A DNA stretch of 64,000 bases from Bacillales bacterium (GTDB lineage Bacteria; Bacillota_I; Bacilli_A; RF39; UBA660). Shown piece after piece: positions 50,501-57,689 of the stretch. The stretch lies in assembly GCA_016292035.1 (NCBI GenBank), contig JAEEZR010000010.1, positions 29,535 through 93,534 of the forward strand, read 5' to 3'. How positions within the stretch are numbered: position 1 is the first letter of the stretch; every line of letters begins with the position of its first letter. The position numbers and the translations under genes were made by a program. The notes beneath the pieces were generated by a model. It worked only from the letters and a program-made list of their open reading frames with translations. It had not been told where the DNA came from and made no database searches.

Positions 50501-51335
50501 GATTGTTTTCTTCTTCTAGTGGTTCATCTTCTTCTAACTCTTCTTCTTCGTCATCTACAAGTAGTTTAAGAGCGTTGATAGTATACTTTCTTGTATTAAG
50601 AGCTAGAGGCTTGCTCTTATTTCTTGATTCTAATTCTTCTTCACTTATAACTTCAGCAGAATCTATATCATATCCGTCTTCTGGAGTTAATGTAAATGTT
50701 TCTGAACCACCTACATGTACATATTTAGCTTCAGCATCAGGTGTTGCGCCTTCAACATTTAGTGTTACTATTCTTTTATTTTCTTCATATTCTGTTTTAT
50801 CTAGGAAACATGTTACATGAGTTTTAATTATTTTTCCTTGATCTATGTTTTGTTCAGTTCCTGTTTCTTTGAATATTATATTATATTTTACTTCATGGAT
50901 TTGTCCTTTAGAGATTATATTTTTTTCAGGCTCTAGTGTTCCTTTTGAAAGGATTATTTCTTCGCCTGGGGTACTAGGAACTGGTGTTTCTGATAAAAGA
51001 TTTCCATCTGTTCCATCAATTGTTTGAACATATACATTATTAGTGTAACTGTTTTCTTCCATTGTTAGAGTGCATGTATAGTCTACTGCTACATCAGAGT
51101 CACTTATAAAATAAACTCTAGTTGATCCTTCGCCTTTCCATCCAGGGAAAACATTTTCAGATGCTTCAGGAGAAGATACTACATATTCTACTTTTCCTAG
51201 TCTAGCTGTCTGTACAGTGCTGCTTGATGATTCTCCTCCATAGTTAAAAACAAAGTAAGCTAACGCTGTACTTGTTACTAACATAATTAGCGATAAAAAG
51301 ATAATTACTGATAAAACCATTGATTTCTTCTTCAT
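47532..51335 (-). CDS. Giant secreted or anchored repeat protein (1267 aa). Layout: N-terminal hydrophobic signal (not a prepilin), unique domain, 4 InlB-B-repeat-like modules, a 335-aa globular insert, 4 more modules, and a Cys-rich cap ending SCSC.
   Basis: The ORF is intact. The N-terminus is MKKKSMVLSVIIFLSLIMLVTSTALAYFVF. The modules are homologous to those of pilins P1 and P5. There is no LPXTG motif. Confidence 0.85.
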   Translation of the reverse strand: MKKKSMVLSVIIFLSLIMLVTSTALAYFVFNYGGESSSSTVQTARLGKVEYVVSSPEASENVFPGWKGEGSTRVYFISDSDVAVDYTCTLTMEENSYTNNVYVQTIDGTDGNLLSETPVPSTPGEEIILSKGTLEPEKNIISKGQIHEVKYNIIFKETGTEQNIDQGKIIKTHVTCFLDKTEYEENKRIVTLNVEGATPDAEAKYVHVGGSETFTLTPEDGYDIDSAEVISEEELESRNKSKPLALNTRKYTINALKLLVDDEEEELEEDEPLEEENNHCKLYIDEENNLKVLATNIEKNTVCNIKLDKEKYYFYFTSDEAQAGFESLFEVEYGQEVNRIIEPKEGYILEGATTEGYEGCTVSGNLVSAYITKNGRCKVTLNQEFFSVNVNITGANPSTITESDQAYGQDLTYTLIPEEGYTTQGAYYNGGGCLLEEDILKVHVTKNVSYNISLPKIPPEPKPKHTVTVLCSNCTSNFGQKSVYEGSNATFAITATSGFTLRNADVTSSNETNCILNENNELTVKNVVEDTTCTVIAKTKSHVLSEKILDDNKSISAASIDYNKVDKNNNTGEIYYTTDTQDKSRVYFYRGNVTNNWVIFGKNNEGKELYWRIIRTNSNNEGNGVRLLYVGPNPSTTNASIASSNFNDKIYPSAIRYMYGSSYSDLDELRTNIYDSDVKLMIDNYYSRNLVRYSNYINRNAIYCGDSSIYNGTYTIKDNGKIKTTVYTNAYKRAYKIDEPSYACEELSDRYSTKNGNESLKYPIALMTIDEIVFAGGSSGKGNSKAWYYLNSIGSSIMGNQRWWTMSPAKIASTTSSTAKAVGYIYEVNGRSGTYGSFQAMTVDKNYAIRPVISLNNDVLTNDADGTVDNPYRILPYENVKVNVICENCKESEVSFEVEKHSDKVLTINPKEGYMIRHSTVSGEGCKLKGNALSIENAYNNQTCTVTLSPLAYEIRFIVDHGSAAPSYVEVAPGETTVSTVTASTGYDINTLTTTSSGCKAENGKITAYNVGKDRSCVASMNKLKYTVNLSVTNGTTSSNSQIVEYGSNASFTITANENYDISKATVTGGCTISGSTVTASNVTSNVSCNVNIPIKQYTVSVSCTGCSSNPSSALINHSSNATFTLTASNNYKLSGSTVTGTGCSLSGSTLTVRNVTNNVTCTVKAVKSSCTVTRTAYSGSGNKWYWTASYECNGTTGTIKGCSVKYTNTGSGAASGSWTCNGGTKGVSNYYKCVGTDTNCLKNYCNSSASTCPKGPGLPSSISCSC
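47832..48704 (-). repeat. C-terminal block of four tandem modules of about 72 aa in the 1267-aa protein
   Basis: aa 878-1168, for example YTVSVSCTGCSSNPSSALINHSSNATFTLTASNNYKLSGSTVTGTGCSLSGSTLTVRNVTNNVTCTV. Confidence 0.85.
49722..50774 (-). repeat. N-terminal block of four more divergent modules in the 1267-aa protein (the first is interrupted by an acidic insertion)
   Basis: aa 188-538. Acidic insert DDEEEELEEDEPLEEE at aa ~260-276. The fourth module has the full CxNC...C...C pattern. Confidence 0.7.
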
Positions 51336-51362
51336 TTATCTCATCTCTATTCTATATAGATT

Positions 51363-51391
51363 ATTATATACCGTTTAAAGATTTTTATCAA
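51363..51391 (-). promoter_or_regulatory. Promoter of the 1267-aa gene
   Basis: On the minus strand, TTGATA, a 17-nt spacer, then TATAAT. Confidence 0.55.
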
Positions 51392-51404
51392 GTTTTTAGT
51401 CATA

Positions 51405-51430
51405 ATAAAAAGTACCTTTTAAGGTACTTT
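51405..51430 (-). terminator. Intrinsic terminator after pilin gene P5
   Basis: Stem aaagtacc/ggtacttt with a 6-nt loop. It overlaps the TAA stop and is followed by TTTTTATT on the minus strand. Confidence 0.65.
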
Positions 51431-53030
51431 AATTACAACTACAATTATATCCTGAAGAACTTACATTTATACCAGCAACACTTGTGCTTGATAAACTTGT
51501 ATTACAATATGAACGTATATTTCTTCTAGTTGTGCTTGTACACATTCTGTTAGGATTTGAGCTTCCGTAACTTCCACCATTACACTGAGTACTTCCATAG
51601 AAGCAGTTTACAATGCTACCAGTTTTTCCGCCGGTGCATGTGAATGACCCATAAAATCCTGATGTTGGTTTAGTTGTTGTACAATTAGAACTTGAAGAAC
51701 AATAAACTGTGCAGCTAGATGATTTAGCAGTTACAGCACATGTTTTATTAGATGTTACATTAGACGCTGTTAAAGTGCTTCCTGAAAGAGTACATCCTCC
51801 TGTTACTGTTGCTCCTTCTAAAGAATAACCACTTGATGCTGTCAGTGTAAATGTAGCATTTGTATTATAATCAACTGTTTGACTAGAAGTATTTAAAGTA
51901 CATCCTGTACATGTAGCTGAAACTGTAAATTGTTGTTTAGGCGCTGTTACGGCGCATGTAGTAGCAGCTGTTACATTGTTTAAACTTACTGTACTTCCTG
52001 AAAGTGTGCATCCTCCTGTTACTGTTGCACCTGTTAGGGTATATCCTGTATTTGCAGCGATAGTAAATGATGTATTAGTAAATGCCTCAACATTTTTTTC
52101 TTCACTTGCTGGTGTACAGTTAGTACATGTTAGCTTAATTTTATATGATTGTACTCCTAGAGATACTCTACATGTAGTATCTGCTAATACATTTGTTACT
52201 GATACTTTACCATTTTCTAGTGTGCATCCATCTGACACTGTGGCATTGTTTAGATTATATCCAGTATTAGCTGATATATTAAAGTATACATTTGATCCAG
52301 CCATAACGGTTCTTGTACTTGTAGCTGGTGTACAATTAGTACATACTAAATCTACTTTATAGCTTGCTACTGGAAGTGTTATAGTGCATGCTTTATTTGA
52401 AGTAACATTTGATGCTTTTAGAATATTATCTTCTAGTGTGCATTCTCCTTCAACAGTTGCATCTTCTAGTGTATATCCAACATTAGGAGTGATTACAAAT
52501 AGTGCATCCGTTCCTTTATCTACTAGTGCATAAGGCATATCACTTTTACCATTGTTAACTGTAACTGATACTTTCTTTTTACCTTCTATTACAACACAGC
52601 TGCAGCTCTCTCCTGTACATTCTACTGCACCATTTTTAATGTCACTCGTATTTATATCGAATTCTTTAGTTGTGTCTACATCTTTTATATAGCATAAGCT
52701 TCCATCAGATACTGTTAGATGTGATACTTTACCACGTTCATTTAATTCTATTTTATATTTCTTATCGGTTTTTAAAAGATCTAATGATGTACATCCTAGG
52801 CTTGATAGAGATTCATCACAGTATACTCTTCCCGTCGCTCCAGTTAGTCCATCAGCCATGTATTTCTTTTCAGCTTCTTTTTTTATTGATTCAATTTCAA
52901 TTTTAAATGCATCTTTTTTTGCTGCTCCAAACATGTTTACTACCTTAGGATAAATAAGTAGCATAAGTACTGCTACTACTCCTAGTACGGCTAAAATTTC
53001 GACCAAAGTAAAACCTTTTTTATTTTTCAT
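51429..53030 (-). CDS. Modular type IV pilin-like protein P5 (533 aa): prepilin leader, head, 4 InlB-B-repeat-like modules, and a 96-aa Cys-rich cap ending NCSCN.
   Basis: MKNKKG/FTLVEILAVLGVVAVLMLL. The head aligns with P1 (ESIKKEAEKKY..YCDES..LGC). The repeats are at aa 154-437. Confidence 0.88.
   Translation of the reverse strand: MKNKKGFTLVEILAVLGVVAVLMLLIYPKVVNMFGAAKKDAFKIEIESIKKEAEKKYMADGLTGATGRVYCDESLSSLGCTSLDLLKTDKKYKIELNERGKVSHLTVSDGSLCYIKDVDTTKEFDINTSDIKNGAVECTGESCSCVVIEGKKKVSVTVNNGKSDMPYALVDKGTDALFVITPNVGYTLEDATVEGECTLEDNILKASNVTSNKACTITLPVASYKVDLVCTNCTPATSTRTVMAGSNVYFNISANTGYNLNNATVSDGCTLENGKVSVTNVLADTTCRVSLGVQSYKIKLTCTNCTPASEEKNVEAFTNTSFTIAANTGYTLTGATVTGGCTLSGSTVSLNNVTAATTCAVTAPKQQFTVSATCTGCTLNTSSQTVDYNTNATFTLTASSGYSLEGATVTGGCTLSGSTLTASNVTSNKTCAVTAKSSSCTVYCSSSSNCTTTKPTSGFYGSFTCTGGKTGSIVNCFYGSTQCNGGSYGSSNPNRMCTSTTRRNIRSYCNTSLSSTSVAGINVSSSGYNCSCN
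51720..52571 (-). repeat. Four tandem coding repeats of about 71 aa inside P5
   Basis: Same consensus as the P1 repeats. A 41-nt stretch (52009-52049) matches P1 (9603-9643) at 39 of 41 positions. Confidence 0.85.
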
Positions 53031-53057
53031 CTACATCTACCTACCTACTATAACATT

Positions 53058-53086
53058 ATTATATATAATTATATATTATTTTTCAA
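53058..53086 (-). promoter_or_regulatory. Promoter of pilin gene P5
   Basis: On the minus strand, TTGAAA, a 17-nt spacer, then TATAAT. Confidence 0.55.
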
Positions 53087-53088
53087 CA

Positions 53089-53114
53089 TTAAAAAGAAGC
53101 ACAATGCGCTTCTT
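53089..53114 (-). terminator. Intrinsic terminator after the prepilin peptidase gene
   Basis: Stem aagaagc(g)c/g(a)gcttctt with a short loop, followed by TTTTT on the minus strand. Confidence 0.55.
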
Positions 53115-53860
53115 TAAAATACATAACCCATACTGGATAATATATATATTATTATGCATGATAATAATAGGAACGGTCCGAATGGAATTAGATTTTCATT
53201 ATATTTTTCATCGAGTAAGAAGTAAGCTATTAAAGCTAGAACGCTAGCTACAAATAATGAAAGAAGTCCATTAAATGTTCCAAGAGCAAGTCCTATAGGA
53301 AGCATTAATTTTACATCTCCTCCTCCAAGGCTTTCTCTTTTAAATACTTTATCTCCTACTATTTTTACTAATAACATAATTACAAATAATACTACCATTC
53401 CAACTATTTTTAATTTGTAGTCATTAAATGAACTAAATGATATATATGTTATTAGTATTAATAGAGTTGATCCAAATACTACTCTATCTGATACGTAATA
53501 ATATTTAAAGTCACTTACTGCAGTTACTGAACATGCACTTATTAATATTAGTGGCACTATTATATCCGCAGTTAATCCATAATACAAATAACTACACATA
53601 AATGTTATACCAGTAAATAATTCTACTATTAAGCTACTTATATCTATATGCGCTTTACAATATGAGCATTTACCTTTTAGGCATATATAAGATATTACTG
53701 GAATGTTCATATACCATTTAAGTGGTTTTAAGCAGTTATCGCATCTACTTCCTGGTTTTATTATACTTATATTATTTGGTATTCTATATCCTATGCAAGC
53801 ATAGAAACTTCCAAGAAGTAAACCAAGCACTAAAAATGCTCCCCCATAAAATACTGTCAT
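53114..53860 (-). CDS. Prepilin peptidase (A24 family, PilD/ComC type)
   Basis: N-terminal Cys pairs CDNC...CSYC, polytopic membrane protein, catalytic Asp contexts AVSDFKYY and GGGDVKLM. Confidence 0.88.
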   Translation of the reverse strand: MTVFYGGAFLVLGLLLGSFYACIGYRIPNNISIIKPGSRCDNCLKPLKWYMNIPVISYICLKGKCSYCKAHIDISSLIVELFTGITFMCSYLYYGLTADIIVPLILISACSVTAVSDFKYYYVSDRVVFGSTLLILITYISFSSFNDYKLKIVGMVVLFVIMLLVKIVGDKVFKRESLGGGDVKLMLPIGLALGTFNGLLSLFVASVLALIAYFLLDEKYNENLIPFGPFLLLSCIIIYILSSMGYVF

Positions 53861-53870
53861 TATATTCCTC

Positions 53871-55748
53871 CTATTTAAGTATTTCTGAACTTACGTTGTA
53901 CATTGGAACTAATACTGATATCATTATACCACCTACTACTACTGCTAGGAATACTAGTAGTATAGGTTCTACCATTGTTTTTAGAGTATTTGCTAAAGAA
54001 CGTTGTTCTCTTTGATAGTACTCACTTATTTTTTCAAGCATGCTAGCAAGTTGTCCAGTTTGTTCACCTGTTGATATCATATAATATGCAAGTTCTGGTA
54101 TAGCCCAGCTTTCCTTAAATGATAATGACATTTTTTCACCTCTTAATAGGTTTGAAATTGTATCATACATTATCATTTTATAGAATTCATTATTAGTTAT
54201 TTTACTTAAGATATCAATTGTATCTGTAAGTAATACATTGTTTTTATTAAGTACTGCGAATGTTTTCGCAAATAAGTTCATTTCATTATAGATAACTATG
54301 TTACCTACTACTGGTATATGCATGTATGCATATTGAACTACTGTTCTAAATGCTTTTACTTTCTTATATAGTATTGAGAATACCAATATAATAGCTAATA
54401 TAGCTACAAATAATATACCAACATTATTTCTTAAGAAGTCTGATAGTTTTAATAAGAATAATGTTATACCTGTCATTTCTGCATTCATTGAATCATATAC
54501 TTTTTTGAATTGAGGTACTATGTATACAACCATGAATGTTATAACAGTTACTGCAAATATAAGTACTATAGATGGATAAGTTAATGCACTTATCATTTGT
54601 TTTCTTGTAACTTCTTTTTCTTGATAATAATTTGACATATCATCTAGAGTTCCTTCTAGATCACCTATTAATTCAGCTGCTTTTATCATGTTAATTAAAA
54701 GAGCTGGGAACACTTTGTTTTGTTTTTCTAATGCAGATGAGAAGTTTTCACCTACAGATAATTCATATATTAATGAAGAATATACCTTTTTATATTTTCT
54801 TCTATTATCTTGTTTAGCTAATATTTTAATAGCGTCTATTAATGGAATACCAGCTTTCAAATATGTGGATAATTGTGTTAACCAGAATACTAAGTCTTTA
54901 TTCTTCATTTGTTCATTCATGTGTGATTTCTCACCATGTATGAAATTTATCCACCAGTTAGTAGTTATTTCATATACTTCATATCCTTCATCAATTAAGA
55001 ATGAGTGTACATCTAGTCTAGATAAAGATGGGAAGTATCCTGTTATTAATTTGCCTTCTTTATTTCTTGCTAAATATCTATATACTTGTTTCTTTTCAGT
55101 TCTTTCAGCATCTTTACCAAATTTATCAATAAATAATACTTCAAGTTCTCTTTCTTTTTTATTTTTATAGTATTTAACTAATGATATATTATTCCATTTG
55201 TTTACAAAGTAATTAGATATAGACTTAGGTGCATTTTTAGTTGCATATGTTGTCTTTTCTCTAATCATTTTAATTCTTTTAGCAGATTTATCTACAAATC
55301 CACTAAGTGAACTATATATAAATATAGGGAAAGAATAGAATATTACTTTTAATACTTTAAATGAACCTCTTCCGATTGCCTTTAGTAGTAAATATAGCTC
55401 AGTTACTATTGGTTTAAGAGAATATTTGTATACAGCTTTGCCTACTATTCCTACATATTTAGCAATAAACTTAGATGCATACATTATTGCTACAAAAATA
55501 TAACTAAATACAGTAAAAATATTAGTGACTAAAAAGTCAAATGCTTTAAATAAACCTACTGATGTGTATGATAGTGTTTTTATTATTTCGCCAAATAATC
55601 CTACTACTATTTTTTTTATTAATAAAAATATACTTTTAAAAAAGTCTACAAAGAATTTAACTATAGGATTCATATTCCTATTAGTAGAGACGGAACTATT
55701 CTTTTTTTTCTTGGTTTGCTTTGGTTTTGCTTTTTTATATGTTTTCAC
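53871..55748 (-). CDS. Type IV filament platform protein (GspF/PilC/ComGB family) with a 220-aa N-terminal extension
   Basis: GTG start with GGAGG 8 nt upstream. The canonical N-domain begins at YRYLARNKEGKLITG (aa ~223). There are two T2SSF repeats (LSTYLKAGIPLIDAIKILAKQ and FAVLNKNNVLLTDTIDILSKI) and 3 core TM helices. Confidence 0.88.
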   Translation of the reverse strand: MKTYKKAKPKQTKKKKNSSVSTNRNMNPIVKFFVDFFKSIFLLIKKIVVGLFGEIIKTLSYTSVGLFKAFDFLVTNIFTVFSYIFVAIMYASKFIAKYVGIVGKAVYKYSLKPIVTELYLLLKAIGRGSFKVLKVIFYSFPIFIYSSLSGFVDKSAKRIKMIREKTTYATKNAPKSISNYFVNKWNNISLVKYYKNKKERELEVLFIDKFGKDAERTEKKQVYRYLARNKEGKLITGYFPSLSRLDVHSFLIDEGYEVYEITTNWWINFIHGEKSHMNEQMKNKDLVFWLTQLSTYLKAGIPLIDAIKILAKQDNRRKYKKVYSSLIYELSVGENFSSALEKQNKVFPALLINMIKAAELIGDLEGTLDDMSNYYQEKEVTRKQMISALTYPSIVLIFAVTVITFMVVYIVPQFKKVYDSMNAEMTGITLFLLKLSDFLRNNVGILFVAILAIILVFSILYKKVKAFRTVVQYAYMHIPVVGNIVIYNEMNLFAKTFAVLNKNNVLLTDTIDILSKITNNEFYKMIMYDTISNLLRGEKMSLSFKESWAIPELAYYMISTGEQTGQLASMLEKISEYYQREQRSLANTLKTMVEPILLVFLAVVVGGIMISVLVPMYNVSSEILK

Positions 55749-55823
55749 AAATAGTACCTCCTCTATTCTTTTTTACTATTTCTATAATATCATATTTCTT
55801 TTTATATTAAAAGAATTTTTTTA

Positions 55824-55856
55824 AAAAGAAAAGAACTTTACTTTCGTAAAGTTCTT
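55824..55856 (-). terminator. Intrinsic terminator after the 601-aa gene
   Basis: 11-bp stem aagaactttac/gtaaagttctt with a 4-nt loop, followed by a T-rich run on the minus strand. Confidence 0.7.
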
Positions 55857-55864
55857 ATTTTATA

Positions 55865-57670
55865 TTATTCTTCACTTTTGATAAAGTCTACGCTTGTTGT
55901 GTCAATTACGTTTCCTTGTTCATCTTTTAAGATTAAATCTACTTCGTAATATCCATCTTTGTCTGCATCAACTACTACTTCATCTAATTGTGAGAAACTA
56001 TTAGCATCTTTAAGTTCAACTGGAGCACCATTAACATCATCAATTACTTCACCGTTGTATTTAATAGTTACTGTTGAGCCTTCTGCTTTTTCTTTAACTA
56101 CTGCAGTTATTGTTCCATTAAATGTAACATTTTCTCCTGCACCATAAGTATTTTCATATGTTTCAACAAATCTATCTGTTGATTCTTGTTCTTCAAGATT
56201 AATGTACTCATAATATGATGATATGTCTTCAATTGTTGGTGAATCTACTGAACAGTAATCATATCCGCATCTTTCGTAGTATACAGTGTATTCATCTAAT
56301 TCAGTATCATCTGTTAATACGTAGTTGTTAGAATATTGATCAATAACTATTTCTGTTGGATATGTAGGTGTTTCTTCATATACTTCCATAGCATAATCTG
56401 TTGTTTTAACTGTTTTTCCTTCTTCATCTTTTAGAGTAAATGTAAGTAAGTAATTTCCTTCTTTACTTGCAGTCATGTCATTAGAATATTCTATATTACT
56501 TGAAGAAACATTTACTGTATATAGTAAACCTTGTGCAGTTTCTGAGAAAGTGTCTACTCCATTTTCATTATTCCATGAAAGTGTTCCAGCTCCTTCATAA
56601 GTTACATACATTTTATAATCTTTGCTTTCATCCAATTCACTACTTGAAACTGATACTGAGAATGGTGCTTCTACAGCTTTTATACGTTCAGATGTTCCAT
56701 CACTTAATTCAATGAATGTATACTTACTGTTATCTTTGTCTAGATATATAAGTTGTGTTCCTGAAGCGTATGGATTATCAACTTTTGCAGTATCTTCTCC
56801 TAAATCAATGTTATTGTTAGATGGATCAACAATTATTGAAGGGCTTCCTTCTATTTCGTTATTATTTATAACACTTGCATTGTTTGTAGTTGATACTTCA
56901 CTTGAGCTTCCACTGATTCTTGCTCTTGAATCACTATATTCATTTTGATTTGTAATGTTTATGTTATCATTAACAACAACTTTAGAATCGTTGATAGTTA
57001 ATGCATAATAAGAAGCATCTACATCCATTTTTCCAATAGTAACATCAGTTGAATCTACTATTTGTATTGCCACTCTATCTTCATAGCTTCTTCTTTCAGT
57101 TATATTAACATTTAAATTTGTTAGTGATACTTTTTGATTAGTATTAATTTTAATACCATATGATTTAATTAGTTGTTTTGAGAAGTTTATTGTTTTTCCT
57201 TTTCCATCAATTGTTACTTCTCTATCAATTAAAATTGGTTTTGATAAACCTGTTAAGTCATTTTGTAATTCTAGTGTAGTAGCGGCATTTTCAGTTTGTG
57301 CTAGAGTCAATACTAATTCTTCATAAGAAGATATTTCGTCTTTTGTTATTACATTACCATTATCATCTCTAGTTACACCAAATAATGTCTCACTTACTAC
57401 AGTTCCATCTGCTTTTACCCATTTACCAGTTTCAGTATTATATTTAACTATTGATGCTGGGTTAATTGATGGTGGTAATAATTCAGCAGTAATCCTATTT
57501 ACATATATTCTATCTGCAGCTATATAAATGTTGTCGATTTCTGCTCTATTATTTACTGTTGTAGTAGCCATTGTTTTAGCTTCACTTTGTGTTATAATAG
57601 TTGCTTTTGCATTAGTAAGTGGCACTAATAATAGAATTGTAAATAGTATCCCATATATTATTTTTTTCAT
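55865..57670 (-). CDS. Secreted protein (601 aa), possibly a beta-helix region plus acidic Ig-like C-terminal domains
   Basis: Sec signal MKKIIYGILFTILLLVPLTNAKA. VTIDGKGKTINF and short repeated V/I-x-V-x-N rungs suggest a parallel beta-helix. No anchor motif. The fold call is tentative. Confidence 0.7.
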   Translation of the reverse strand: MKKIIYGILFTILLLVPLTNAKATIITQSEAKTMATTTVNNRAEIDNIYIAADRIYVNRITAELLPPSINPASIVKYNTETGKWVKADGTVVSETLFGVTRDDNGNVITKDEISSYEELVLTLAQTENAATTLELQNDLTGLSKPILIDREVTIDGKGKTINFSKQLIKSYGIKINTNQKVSLTNLNVNITERRSYEDRVAIQIVDSTDVTIGKMDVDASYYALTINDSKVVVNDNINITNQNEYSDSRARISGSSSEVSTTNNASVINNNEIEGSPSIIVDPSNNNIDLGEDTAKVDNPYASGTQLIYLDKDNSKYTFIELSDGTSERIKAVEAPFSVSVSSSELDESKDYKMYVTYEGAGTLSWNNENGVDTFSETAQGLLYTVNVSSSNIEYSNDMTASKEGNYLLTFTLKDEEGKTVKTTDYAMEVYEETPTYPTEIVIDQYSNNYVLTDDTELDEYTVYYERCGYDYCSVDSPTIEDISSYYEYINLEEQESTDRFVETYENTYGAGENVTFNGTITAVVKEKAEGSTVTIKYNGEVIDDVNGAPVELKDANSFSQLDEVVVDADKDGYYEVDLILKDEQGNVIDTTSVDFIKSEE

Positions 57671-57689
57671 TTTTTCTCCTTCCTTTATT

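Noticed and set aside
47832-52571. Regularly spaced repeats of about 215 nt that could be mistaken for a CRISPR-like or satellite array.
   Set aside because: The repeats are in-frame protein modules of 70-73 aa with only partial nucleotide identity and no short unique spacers. No cas genes or short palindromic repeats were seen anywhere in the window.
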